The notes beneath the pieces were generated by a model. The model saw only the letters and a list, made by a program, of their open reading frames with translations. It ran no database searches and was not told the origin of the DNA. From Thermoanaerobaculia bacterium (GTDB lineage Bacteria > Acidobacteriota > Thermoanaerobaculia > UBA5066), in NCBI GenBank assembly GCA_963816185.1, contig CAWFJJ010000005.1, forward strand, positions 64,001 to 128,000: 64,000 bases of DNA, in the 5' to 3' direction. Below are positions 18,087 through 30,313 of the stretch, piece by piece. The first letter of the stretch is position 1. Every line of letters begins with the position of its first letter. Position numbers and translations under genes: made by a program.

Positions 18087-18782
18087 ATGCTTGCGAAAAA
18101 AATTACAAACGAAAGGCACGTTTACAACGACGTGGTGAAAGTACCCACTGGCGAAATCGAGCTGCCGGTGGAGATTTCAATTCCCGAGCTTTCGGACGGA
18201 ATCGTGGTGTGCTGCCACGGCAGCCGGAACCGGCGACACGGCTCCGCAAATCGCACGGTGGCCGAAGGCCTGATCCAGGAAGGGATCGGCGCGGCGGTCT
18301 GCAACCTGCTGACGCCCGTCGAGGAGAAGCTCGACGAGCAGATCGCGGGCCCGCGATTCGACATCAAGCAGCTCGCGGGGCGCCTCGTCGACGTCACCGA
18401 CACCCTCTCGAAGGAAGAGGGAACGCGGCATCTGTCGATCGCATACTTCGGCGCGTCGACGGCCGCGGCCGCCGCTCTCGTGGCGGCCGCGGCGCGGCCG
18501 CTCGTGGTGCGCGGGGTCGTGTCGTTCGGCGGGCTGCCCCATCTCGCCGGAACGGCGCTGGCCGACGTCGAGGCTCCTACGCTTCTCCTCGTCGGCGAGC
18601 ACGACTGGCAGATCATGGACGGGAACCGGGAGGCGCTTGCGAGAATCCGCGCGCCGAAGTCGCTCCAGATCGTTCCGGGCGGCACGCATCTGTTTGCCGC
18701 CCCGGACGCTCTCGCCGAAGCCTCTCGTCTCGCTCGCGAATGGTTCCGGCACTACCTGAGCCTCGTCCCCGTGACCGCCTGA
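18087..18782 (+). CDS. Dienelactone hydrolase-like alpha/beta hydrolase
   Basis: HGS, LLTPVEE...RFDI, YFGASTA, APTLLLVGEHD, VPGGTHLF. Confidence 0.8.
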   Translation: MLAKKITNERHVYNDVVKVPTGEIELPVEISIPELSDGIVVCCHGSRNRRHGSANRTVAEGLIQEGIGAAVCNLLTPVEEKLDEQIAGPRFDIKQLAGRLVDVTDTLSKEEGTRHLSIAYFGASTAAAAALVAAAARPLVVRGVVSFGGLPHLAGTALADVEAPTLLLVGEHDWQIMDGNREALARIRAPKSLQIVPGGTHLFAAPDALAEASRLAREWFRHYLSLVPVTA

Positions 18783-18804
18783 TTCGAAAACGCGCCTCGA
18801 AGGC

Positions 18805-21037
18805 CTACCGGAAGTAGCCGCTGACGTCGACGATCAGGTGCACCGTGCCGAACGGTTGCGCGCAGCGGATGAAGACGGCGTCGTCCGTGCCGATCGACAG
18901 AACGGCGTTGTTCGCGCGCGTCTGGCCGGCTCCGTAGCTGGCGGTCGTCGTGGCGCCGGGGGTGGAGCCCGCCGGAAAGAGGCTCAGGCTGCCCGCCGCC
19001 GTGCCTTGCGTGACGGTGACGTTCGCGACGACGGCGCGAATCCCTGAGGGGATGCCGCACCGGCCTGCGAGCGTGAGGAACCTTTCCGTGTTGGCCACGA
19101 GCGCGGGTCCGCCATACGGCCCGTCGGGGTTTCGCGTATCGGACACCCGGCAGGGCGTGAGCGTGTAGAGGGACGCTCCCGGAATGGGGGCCGGAGGCGC
19201 GACCGTGCCGATCTTGTACGCGCGGAATTGCGTGAACCAGAGATTCCCGTCGGGGCCGGACGTGATCCCGTACGGTCCGCTGTCCGCCGTCGGGATGAGG
19301 AACTCGACGATGCCGCCGGACGTCGTGATGCGCCCGATTCTGTTGTTGTCGTACTCGGTGAACCAGAGGGCGCCGTCGGGACCGGCAGAGATGTCGAAGC
19401 AACGCGTCGTCGACGGCAGGGGGAACTCGGTGAACGCGCCCGCCGGCGTGAGGCGCCCGATCTTGCTGGCGTTCGACTCGGTGAACCAGAGGTTTCCGTC
19501 GGGGCCCGCGACGATTCCCGAGGGACCGGAGGTCGCGGTCGGCGTGGGGTACTCGGTCACGACGCCGGCCGTCGTGATGCGTCCGATCCTGTTGTCGGAG
19601 AATTCCGTGAACCAGAGGGCGCCGTCGGGGCCGGCGGCGATCGTCTGCGGGAGGGTGTTCGCCGAGGGAATGGGGTAATCCCCCGTGAACACTCCGGCCG
19701 TCGTGATGCGTCCGATCCCGTTGCCGGTCGATTCCGTGAACCAGAAAGCGCCGTCCGAGCCCAGGACGATTCCCTCGGGCCCGCCGGCGACGGTGAAGTG
19801 GGTCAACCCTCCCGCCGTCGTCAAGCGTCCGATCTTGTTCGAGCCTGCTTCCGTGAACCAGAGGGCGCCGTCGGGCCCGGAGACTATTCCGTGCGGATTG
19901 GAGACCGAGCCCGCCGCAAACGCCGTGACGCCGCCGCTCGTCGTGATGCGTCCGATGCGGTCTGCTTCCGTGAACCAGAGGGCGCCGTCGGGGCCGGCCG
20001 TGATCTTGTACGGCAGCCCGCTCGTCGGGAGCGGATACTCCGGTCCGGTTTCCGGGGGAGGCGTTTCTCCGATGCGAGGCGCCCGATCTGGCCGGCCTGG
20101 AACTCGGTGAACCAGAGCGCGCCGTCCGGGCCTTTGGCGATCCCCAGGGGTCCGCAGTTCGCCGTCGGAACGAGGAACTCGGTGACGACTCCCGCCGTGG
20201 TGACGCGCGCGATCTTGTCGTCGTCGTACCCGGTGAACCAGAGATTGCCGTCCGGACCCGCCGCGATGTCGAAGCTGCGCGTGACGTCGGGCATCGGAAA
20301 TTCCGTGAAGACGCCCGCGGTCGTGAGGCGTCCGACCTTCTTCGCGCTCGACTCGATGAACCACAGGTTGCCGTCGGAGCCGACGACGATGGCGGCCGGA
20401 CCGGACGCGGGGGTCGGAGTCGGGAACTCGGTCACGACGCCTGCAGTCGTGATGCGCCCGATTCTGCTGCCGGAGAATTCCGTGAACCAGAGCGCTCCGT
20501 CGGGTCCTGTGACGATCCCCTGCGGCAGGCTGTTCGCCGAGGGGATGGGGTAATCCGTGAACCCTCCGGCCGTCGTGAGGCGCCCGATCCTGTTTCCGCT
20601 CGACTCCGTGAACCAGAGAGCGCCGTCCGGCCCCACGGCAATTCCCTGGGGGCCGCCGCCCACGGGGAAATGTGTCAGCCCTCCGGCCGTCGTCAGGCGT
20701 CCGATCCGGTTGGTCGAATCGGTGAACCAGAGCGCGCCGTCGGGCCCGGAGACGATGCCCTGAGGGTTGAAGACGGAGCCGACGGCGTAGTCGGTGGCCA
20801 CGCCGCCCGTCGTGATGCGCCCGATCCGGTCGGTCTCGGTGAACCAGAGCGCGCCGTCCGATCCCGCCGCAATGCGGTTCGGCAGCTTGTTCGCGGGAAG
20901 CGGGAACTCGAGAACGGCGTCCGCGCGCGGCGCGACGGCAAAGACGGCGACGAGAGCAAGAAAAAGAGGCAGAGCCGCCCCGCGACGACGCGGTCGGCTC
21001 TCGAGGAGCCTTCTCCGAGACTCGGCGTCCCGCGCCG

Positions 21038-21041
<4 letters not shown>
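18805..21041 (-). CDS. Exported double Vgb-like beta-propeller protein with C-terminal 'PCRxxDTR' domain; frameshifted near 20070
   Basis: 14 'GPDGxLWFTE...IGR+TT.G' blades (7+7) spread across two frames. ATG at 21041 overlaps the upstream stop, followed by a signal-like hydrophobic stretch. Confidence 0.75.
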
Positions 21042-23175
<2,134 letters not shown>

Positions 23176-23179
<4 letters not shown>

Positions 23180-23640
23180 GTCTTCGTCTCCCCGGCCGCC
23201 CGTCTCACCGCTCTGAGGATTCGCGGGTACGTGCCGCACCGGCAGATGTTGCCCTGGAGAGCGGCGACGATCTCGGCGTCGGCGGGATGCGGCCGGCGCG
23301 CAAGGAGAGCGGCCGCCCCAAGGATCATCCCGGACGTGCAGGACCCGCACTGGAAGGCCTCTTCCTTCAAGACGGCCTCCTGAACGGCGTGGAGGCGCCC
23401 GTTCGCCTCGAGCCCCTCGATCGTCGTGATCTTCCTGCCCGCGGCGTCGGCGGCGGGCGTGAGGCACGAGCGCGCGGGGCGGCCGTCCAGGAGCACGGTG
23501 CAGGCGCCGCACTGTCCTTCGCCGCATCCGTATTTCGTGCCGGTGAGGTCGAGGCGGTCGCGCAGGACGGTGAGGAGGGACTCGCCCGCTGGCGCATCCG
23601 CCGTCCGCTTCGTCCCGTTCACGAGAAGGACCAGCGCCAT
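23176..23640 (-). CDS. (2Fe-2S)-binding small subunit (IorA/CoxS-like)
   Basis: GTKYGCGEGQCGACTV, QCGSCTSG, NICRCGTY. Confidence 0.93.
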
Positions 23641-23829
23641 TCAGCCTCCGCCGAACCCGTGATTATAGGAGCGGGCCGATGTGCGCTATACTTCCTGTGT
23701 TCGCCCTTTCTCTCGTACTGACGGAGCGGACCGAGACCGAAAGGTCCCCGTCGACCATCTTTCGTTCCTCTCATCACCATCTGCCAGCCGCACGCGTCCC
23801 TCGGACGCCGTGTTCAACAAAGGATCCCC

Positions 23830-24120
<291 letters not shown>

Positions 24121-24147
24121 GTCCCTCGAGAACCAGTTCTTCTCGAC

Positions 24148-24184
24148 CGGCGCCGGAGTGGAGTCACTTCGGCGCCGTTTTTTT
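24148..24184 (+). terminator. Rho-independent terminator
   Basis: CGGCGCCGGAGTG-GAGT-CACTTCGGCGCCG followed by T7. Confidence 0.85.
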
Positions 24185-24239
24185 GTTTTCGGGCAAGGCT
24201 CCGTCGGTCGGTCCCGTCGGCCGCGTAACATCGAGCGTC

Positions 24240-24554
24240 ATGTCCGATGCTCAGGCTCGGCGGGCTCGGCTCGAGAGCGCGGCGGCGGAGGTCGTCGACG
24301 TCTTCGAGACGATGGATTACGAGACCTACGCGAAGGCGGCGGGCTTGAGGAACGCGATACGGTCCGGGCTGCCGCCGCCGCCGCAGATCGTCGCCGCCGT
24401 TCACAGGGCGCTCCGGAAGGCGCTCGAAGAGGCGGCGAAGGAGTCGTCGTCGCCCGGGGCAAAGCTCGACGCGGGAGCGACGCGGGCGACGAGGTCGACG
24501 ATTCGCGGCGTCCTCAAGCGGTTCGAGGACGCGTTCATGGCGGGGACGTCATGA
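24240..24554 (+). CDS. Hypothetical protein
   Basis: ATG 24240 with GC-typical codon usage. Stop overlaps the next ATG (ATGA). Confidence 0.6.
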   Translation: MSDAQARRARLESAAAEVVDVFETMDYETYAKAAGLRNAIRSGLPPPPQIVAAVHRALRKALEEAAKESSSPGAKLDAGATRATRSTIRGVLKRFEDAFMAGTS

Positions 24555-25177
24555 GCTCCCAGGGCGAGCCCCGCTGGCCGATCCTCCTCACGTTGCTCGC
24601 GCTGGGCGTGCTCAACCTTGCCCTCCCGCCGTCGCTCACGGTCGGCCCCCGGTGGGTGCTCCTCGTCGTGGTCGTCGTCCTGACCGTCCCGACGATGCTC
24701 GCGCATCGCGCGGGTCACACGTCGCTCAGTCGCAGGCTGGGCTATGCCGTGAGCGGAGTCGTGACGGTCGCGCTCGTCGGCTCGCTCGCGCTTCTCATCG
24801 GGGGCCTGCCGAAAAAGAGCGAGACGCCTGCCGAGCTCGCAGAGTCGGCCGCGTGCCTCTGGATCGCGAACGTGCTGGTCTTCGCCCTCTGGTACTGGCG
24901 GCTCGATGCGGGCGGGCCGCACGAGAGGGACGGGCGCGGCGCGCACACCGAGGGCGATTTCTTCTTTCCCCAGATGATGGAGGGGGCACCCTCGGCCACG
25001 GACTGGGCGCCGCGGTTCGTGGACTACCTCTTCATCGCATTCAACAACAGCACGGCCTTTTCTCCGACGGACACGCCTGTTCTCTCTCGCTGGGCGAAGG
25101 TCCTCACGATGCTCCAGTCGCTCATCTCGCTTCTCGTGGTCGCGGTTCTCGCCTCGCGCGCCGTCGGCCTGATCTGA
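24551..25177 (+). CDS. DUF1345-like membrane protein
   Basis: EPRWP, NVLVFALWYWRLDAGGP, DFFFPQM, FVDYLFIAFNNSTAFSPTD. Confidence 0.8.
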   Translation: MSSQGEPRWPILLTLLALGVLNLALPPSLTVGPRWVLLVVVVVLTVPTMLAHRAGHTSLSRRLGYAVSGVVTVALVGSLALLIGGLPKKSETPAELAESAACLWIANVLVFALWYWRLDAGGPHERDGRGAHTEGDFFFPQMMEGAPSATDWAPRFVDYLFIAFNNSTAFSPTDTPVLSRWAKVLTMLQSLISLLVVAVLASRAVGLI

Positions 25178-25337
25178 GGAATCCGGGCTTTCCCGCTCCT
25201 CCGGACTCGTTTCGGCCCTCCTCCGGAATCCGACCGACCCGCCTCGGGAGTTTTTCCCGCGCGATCCCGGTCCCGTCCCGATTGAGGAAACTCCGCCCGG
25301 GCCCCACATTGTCGGTGTCAGCAGCAAGGAGGGCGTC

Positions 25338-25643
25338 ATGAGAAAAGAACAGAACGAACCCAGAGGCGGAAACAAGGTCGACGGAGGCTTCTACCTGAAC
25401 CGGAAGACGTGGGACCTCGTGACCGTGAACGGAAAGAAGGGTGTCCTCCCCGGCGAGGCGAACGACCTCTATCGAAAAGTTCCGACGCTGGCGATGCTGG
25501 CGGCGGCTCCCGTGCTCGGCGCGACGCTCGTCGTCTTCCTGCCGTTCATCGGCTTCGCGCTCTTCGCCGTGGCGGGCCTCCGCAAGGTGACGGGCCTCGA
25601 CAAAACGACGAAGGCCGCCCAGCACGCGCGCTCGGCTCGCTGA
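25338..25643 (+). CDS. Small membrane protein (paralog 1)
   Basis: AAGGAGG RBS; GGFYLNRKTWDLVTV...GVLPG...APVLGATLVVFLPFIGF. Confidence 0.8.
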   Translation: MRKEQNEPRGGNKVDGGFYLNRKTWDLVTVNGKKGVLPGEANDLYRKVPTLAMLAAAPVLGATLVVFLPFIGFALFAVAGLRKVTGLDKTTKAAQHARSAR

Positions 25644-25695
25644 GCCCCGGCACACGAGATTCCATCGAAAGAATCGAAGGGAAAAGGAGCGTTCC

Positions 25696-25992
25696 ATGAA
25701 ACGGTTCGAAGGCTTGAGCAGGGTCCCGGGCGGCTTCTATTTCAACCAGAAGAGCTGGGATCTCGTGACGGTGAGCGGGAAGGCCGGCGTCCTGCCCGGG
25801 ACGACCTCCGACCATTTCCTCAGGGTGCCGCTTTTCCTCCTGCTCCTCGGGGCGCCCGTGTTCGGCGCGACGCTCGTGATGTTCCTTCCCTTCGTCGGCA
25901 TCGCGCTGTTCCTCCACGCGGTGGTCGGGAAGGCTGCGAAACCGTTCGCGGCCCGGAGGCTCGAGAAGGTGCCGGCGCGCGTGACGCGCTGA
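25696..25992 (+). CDS. Small membrane protein (paralog 2)
   Basis: AAGGAG RBS; GGFYFNQKSWDLVTV...GVLPG...APVFGATLVMFLPFVGI, colinear with paralog 1. Confidence 0.8.
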   Translation: MKRFEGLSRVPGGFYFNQKSWDLVTVSGKAGVLPGTTSDHFLRVPLFLLLLGAPVFGATLVMFLPFVGIALFLHAVVGKAAKPFAARRLEKVPARVTR

Positions 25993-26001
25993 CCCCAGCG
26001 T

Positions 26002-26655
26002 TCAGGCCTGAATGATTCCGCGACGGAGTGCGAAGCGGATGAGCTCGGTCCGCCCATGGACGCCGAGCTTGCCCATGACGTGCTCGCGGTGGGACATCGC
26101 GGTCTTCACGCCGATTCCCAGGAGCTCGGCGATCTCCTTGTTGCTGCGCCCCTCGGCCACGAGCTTCAGGACCTGCTTCTCGCGGTCGGTGAGGGTCTCG
26201 TACGCGTCAACGGTCTCCAGGCCGGCGGCCGCGGCCTCGCGCTCTTCGAGGGCGACGCGCGCGACCTCGGGGGCGAGCACGAGGCCGCCGCGAACGACCG
26301 CGCGAATGGCCGAGGCCAGCTCGGCGCCGGCCGCCTTCTTCAGGACATAGCCCGAAACGCCGATCTTGAGGAAACGCGCGACGTACTCGCGATCCGCGTA
26401 CTGCGTCAGGACGATGATCTTCGTGCGCGGGCAGAGCTTGCGGATCTCGAGCGCGGCCTCGAGGCCTCCCAGGTTCGGCATCGCGATGTCGAGGAGAAGG
26501 ACGTCGGGCAGGAGCTCGACGGAGCGATCGATCGCCTGTCGTCCATCCTCGGCCTCGCCCACGACCTCGATGTCGTCGGCCTTCTGGAGGAGGGCCCGTA
26601 TGCCCTCGCGCATGAGGGCGTGGTCGTCGGCGATCACGACGCGCGTCCTAGGCAT
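26002..26655 (-). CDS. NarL/LuxR-family response regulator
   Basis: VIADDH, LLDIAMP receiver; LTDREKQVL...SNKEIA HTH. Confidence 0.93.
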   Translation of the reverse strand: MPRTRVVIADDHALMREGIRALLQKADDIEVVGEAEDGRQAIDRSVELLPDVLLLDIAMPNLGGLEAALEIRKLCPRTKIIVLTQYADREYVARFLKIGVSGYVLKKAAGAELASAIRAVVRGGLVLAPEVARVALEEREAAAAGLETVDAYETLTDREKQVLKLVAEGRSNKEIAELLGIGVKTAMSHREHVMGKLGVHGRTELIRFALRRGIIQA

Positions 26656-28465
26656 GAACGACCTCTTTCGGAATCGGGATCTCGAGCGTGATATGCGCAC
26701 CCTCTCCGGGTGCCGAGTCGAGTCCCATCTTCCCACCGAGGATCTCCACGCGTTCACGCATGCCGAGGAGGCCGAGACCGCGGCCCGTCTCCGACGGCAG
26801 CTCCACGCTCTTCGGGTCGAAGCCCCGGCCGTCGTCCTCGATCTCGATGAGCAGCCGCGTGTCGTCGGCGGCGATCTGCAGGAGGACGTTCTCGGCCTTC
26901 GCGTGGCGGGCGACGTTGAGGAGCGCCTCCTGCACGATCCGGAAGACCGCCGTCGCGACGTCCCGAGGCACGCGACCCTCGACGTCCTCGAACTCGCACC
27001 TCACGGCGATGCCGAGCGGCTCGATGTGACGCGCCGCGTACCAGCGCACCGCGGCCAGGAGGCCGAGGTCGTCGAGAATCGACGGGCGCAGGTCGAAGAT
27101 GACGCGGTGCAGGTCGTCGAGGGCACGTCCGGCCAGGCCCTTGACCTCCTCGAGGCGCGCGCGCGTCCCGCTTTCGGGCAGGTCGCCGAGCGCGCTCTCG
27201 AGGCGGAAAGAGAGGGCCGCGATGGTCTGGCACGTCTCGTCGTGCAGCTCGCGCGCAAGGCGCATGCGCTCGCGTTCCTGCGCGCTCAGGAAGCGCTTGA
27301 GCAATTCGGCGCGCCTCTCGTCGCGGTCCCGCAGCTCGGCGTAGAGGCGTTGAAGCTCCTGGGTGCGCGCGGTGACGCGCGCCTCGAGCTGCTCGTTCGC
27401 TGTCCGGATCTCGTCGAGCGACGCGCCGAGCCTCACGCGCATCGTCTCGAGCGAGCGGCCGAGCCGTCCGACCTCGTCGTCGGGCAGCGGGGGAATGGGC
27501 CGCTCGAGGTCGCCGCTCGTGATGCGCTCGGCTGCGCGAGTGAGGACGAGAAGGGGCCGAAGCACGCTGCGCGCGGCACCCCACGTGAAGAACGCCGCGA
27601 GCGCGAGAAAGACGGGCGTCAGGGCGAGCATCCGCCGGCGAAACAGATACGCGGGCGCGAACGCGTCGGCCGCGCGTTCGCGCACGACGACTCCCCACGG
27701 AAACAGGCGAAGAGGCGCGAAGGCGACGACGTCGTCTCCGGCGCGCCCGGCGAACGGCCGCTGGTCACGGAGGAGCGGCCGGAGGAACTCCGGGGCGACG
27801 GCCGGCCGCGCCGCGGGACCGGTGTCCGTCGTCGCGACGACCTCGCCTGCGGCGTCGACGAGATCGGTCGCGTGATTCTCGCCCGTCTGCGGGGCCGGAA
27901 GGAGGCTCGCGAAGACCGGGCGTGCGGGATCGAGGCTCGCGCCGGCGATTCCCGTGGTCTTCCCGTCGAGATTCACGAGAGGGACGAAAAGAAAGAGGCG
28001 CCGGGCGCCGTTCGGGAGCGTCGTCAGCGCGGACGCTGCGCGGCGGCCGGTCGCGAGGGCTTCCCGGGCCGCCGGCATCGCGATGAGACGGTCGTCGCGA
28101 TGGCCGCCGGGCGGCTCCTCCCAGAGGATCTCGCCGGCCGGACTCAGAAGAAAGACGCTGGAAAAAAGATGCGAGCGGCGATATGTGGCGAGGAGCGCCG
28201 CCCTGCGGGCGGGGCTGTCGGGCTCGACACCTCCGCCGTAGAGGCCTTCGAGATCGTCACGGATGATCTCCTCGACGTGGTCCACGGCGCCGCGGGCGAG
28301 ACGTTGCTGGTCGCGAATGACGCGGGCGGAGAGGTCATCGAGGGCGTTCATGCTCAGGATTCCGAGGATGACGAGGGGCGCGAGGAGTCCGAGCGCGACG
28401 AGCAGGAGCGCCCGCGCCTGCAGGGCATTTCGGACCCCGAGGCGCGGACGTTGCTCGTCGCTCAC
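26648..28465 (-). CDS. Sensor histidine kinase (periplasmic Cache-like, HAMP, HisKA_3, HATPase)
   Basis: Two TM segments, [46 protein letters not shown]. Confidence 0.9.
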   Translation of the reverse strand: MSDEQRPRLGVRNALQARALLLVALGLLAPLVILGILSMNALDDLSARVIRDQQRLARGAVDHVEEIIRDDLEGLYGGGVEPDSPARRAALLATYRRSHLFSSVFLLSPAGEILWEEPPGGHRDDRLIAMPAAREALATGRRAASALTTLPNGARRLFLFVPLVNLDGKTTGIAGASLDPARPVFASLLPAPQTGENHATDLVDAAGEVVATTDTGPAARPAVAPEFLRPLLRDQRPFAGRAGDDVVAFAPLRLFPWGVVVRERAADAFAPAYLFRRRMLALTPVFLALAAFFTWGAARSVLRPLLVLTRAAERITSGDLERPIPPLPDDEVGRLGRSLETMRVRLGASLDEIRTANEQLEARVTARTQELQRLYAELRDRDERRAELLKRFLSAQERERMRLARELHDETCQTIAALSFRLESALGDLPESGTRARLEEVKGLAGRALDDLHRVIFDLRPSILDDLGLLAAVRWYAARHIEPLGIAVRCEFEDVEGRVPRDVATAVFRIVQEALLNVARHAKAENVLLQIAADDTRLLIEIEDDGRGFDPKSVELPSETGRGLGLLGMRERVEILGGKMGLDSAPGEGAHITLEIPIPKEVVHA

Positions 28466-29181
28466 GGCCCTGGCGGTGTTTCCGGAGCGGGCGGCGCGCT
28501 CTCGTGGTGCGCGGGCTCGCCGTAGAGTCGCGCGTACTCGAGCGGGTGCTCGTGCCTGAGCCGTTCCTTGCTGATCTTGCCCGTGAAGATGCTCGCGTCG
28601 TACGGGAAGATGCCGGGTGCGAGGTGGGCATTGTAAATGTGCCACGTGATGACGACGAGGAAGGCCATGAGGCCTTCGTTGCTGTGCGCGACCTTCGAGA
28701 CCGGGATCAGCTCGCCCGGAAAGAAACGTGTCACGAGCATGGGAAAGTAGAGGACGAGGCCGGTCGAGATCATGACGAGGCCGCCGAGGACGAGCCCCCA
28801 GTACTCGAACTTCTGCCGGTAGTCGAACCGGTCGAACTTCGGCTGCGACTCCACCACGCCGAGATCGTAGCGGAGCTGCTGGACGGCGTCCTTGAAGTCC
28901 TGGCGGTTCGGCAGCAGCGTGAGCTTCATCTTCCTCTCGGCCGCGAGGATTGCGGCCGCCCCGAGATGCCACAGCGTCAGGAGCGAGAACACGAGGCCCG
29001 AGGCGCGGTGGACGAAGCGCACGTGGTCGAGCCCTCCGAGAGCGCGGACGATCCCGCGCGCCCAACCCGTCTCGAAGAACTTCTGCGGGAACCCCGTCAG
29101 CGCGAGGAGGACGAATGTCGTCATGACGACGACGTGCTCGAAGCGCTGCCTCTTCGAAAAACGAACGGCGTATTCGGTCAT
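28462..29181 (-). CDS. Di-heme cytochrome b subunit (FdnI/HydC-like)
   Basis: [36 protein letters not shown]; four TM helices. Confidence 0.85.
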   Translation of the reverse strand: MTEYAVRFSKRQRFEHVVVMTTFVLLALTGFPQKFFETGWARGIVRALGGLDHVRFVHRASGLVFSLLTLWHLGAAAILAAERKMKLTLLPNRQDFKDAVQQLRYDLGVVESQPKFDRFDYRQKFEYWGLVLGGLVMISTGLVLYFPMLVTRFFPGELIPVSKVAHSNEGLMAFLVVITWHIYNAHLAPGIFPYDASIFTGKISKERLRHEHPLEYARLYGEPAHHESAPPAPETPPGP

Positions 29182-30236
29182 CTGTTCACCAGCACGCGCC
29201 AGAGGTGGAGGAGGATCTGCAGGCAGAGTCCTCCGATGATGAAGGGAATGAAGATCTTGTAGAAGATGCCGACGGCCCACACGAGAGGAGCCCTCTTCAG
29301 GCTCGGCTCGTAGTGAGAAAGCCACGCGGAGGGGAAGTTCTTCGTGGCGCCCGCATGGCACTTCGCGCAGGTTTTCTGAAGGTTCGCCTTGAGCACCTGG
29401 GAGTTGCCTCCCTTTGTCTTCGTGATGTCATGCGTGCCGTGGCAGTCGATGCAGAGCGCCGTGACGACCTTCGGCTTCTCGCCGGAGGTGGCCAGCTTCG
29501 CGCTCATGCCGTGAAAGTCGGAAAGATACGACGCGAGAACATTCGTCGAGAGGCCGTACTTGGCCATCATCGGCTTGTTCGTGTGGCATTTCGCGCAGAG
29601 GTCGATCGTCGTGAGGCGCCAGTCCTTCGTGCGCGGGTCGGCGATGTCGTGCGCATGGTGGCAGTCGGTGCAGACGGGCACGTCCGGGTTGCCCGAGGCC
29701 ATCGCCATGCCGTGGACGCTCTTCGCGTACGTCTCGGCCGTGTCGCCATGACAGGCCCCGCAGGTTTCGGAGACCCTCGTACGCGGCACGGTGGGGTTCA
29801 TGACGTCGTGCGCGCCGTGGCAGTCGACGCAGAAGGGAGCGCTGCCGCCTTTCATGAGGATTTGGTAATGCACGCCGTCGAGCGCTTTCGTGTAGTTCTC
29901 GAAGTGGCAGGTCTTGCAGAGATCCTTGAAGGACGCGCTGAAGGCCGCCTTGTCCTTCGCCGTGAGCGGGGGGTGCGGTACTTCGGTCTGCGCCGGATGA
30001 CAGCCCGTGCAACCCTGCCGCGCGCCGTGGACGGACTTCTCGAAGACGTCTCGCGGCACGTAAAGAGACTGCTTTTCGCCGCTCGGAAGAGTGACCGACG
30101 CGTCCTTCTCGCCGTGGCAGCTCAGGCAGGTTTCGACTTCTTCGGTGCGCGTCGTCGAGGCCTCGGCCTTCAGGGTCACGAACCCGGCCAGCGGGATCGA
30201 GAGAAAACAAAAAAAGCCCGCCCAGATCGACTTCAA
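29178..30236 (-). CDS. Nonaheme cytochrome c with C-terminal membrane anchor
   Basis: Nine CxxCH motifs (CLSCH, CTGCH, CKTCH, CVDCH, CGACH, CTDCH, CAKCH, CIDCH, CAKCH). TTG start at 30236 chosen from a GGAGG RBS; signal peptide. Confidence 0.88.
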   Translation of the reverse strand: MKSIWAGFFCFLSIPLAGFVTLKAEASTTRTEEVETCLSCHGEKDASVTLPSGEKQSLYVPRDVFEKSVHGARQGCTGCHPAQTEVPHPPLTAKDKAAFSASFKDLCKTCHFENYTKALDGVHYQILMKGGSAPFCVDCHGAHDVMNPTVPRTRVSETCGACHGDTAETYAKSVHGMAMASGNPDVPVCTDCHHAHDIADPRTKDWRLTTIDLCAKCHTNKPMMAKYGLSTNVLASYLSDFHGMSAKLATSGEKPKVVTALCIDCHGTHDITKTKGGNSQVLKANLQKTCAKCHAGATKNFPSAWLSHYEPSLKRAPLVWAVGIFYKIFIPFIIGGLCLQILLHLWRVLVNR

Positions 30237-30313
30237 GGACGCGCCTCCAGCGTCAAACTGAGGGCAAGGCGGGTTCCTCACAATAATCAAGGCGCATTAG
30301 CCATAATCCGCGC

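Noticed and set aside
19200-20900. Periodic DNA repeats (GTGAACCAGAG...CCGTC) as a CRISPR array
   Set aside because: They are the coding repeats of propeller blades (DGALWFT) with codon-position variation, and no cas genes are present.
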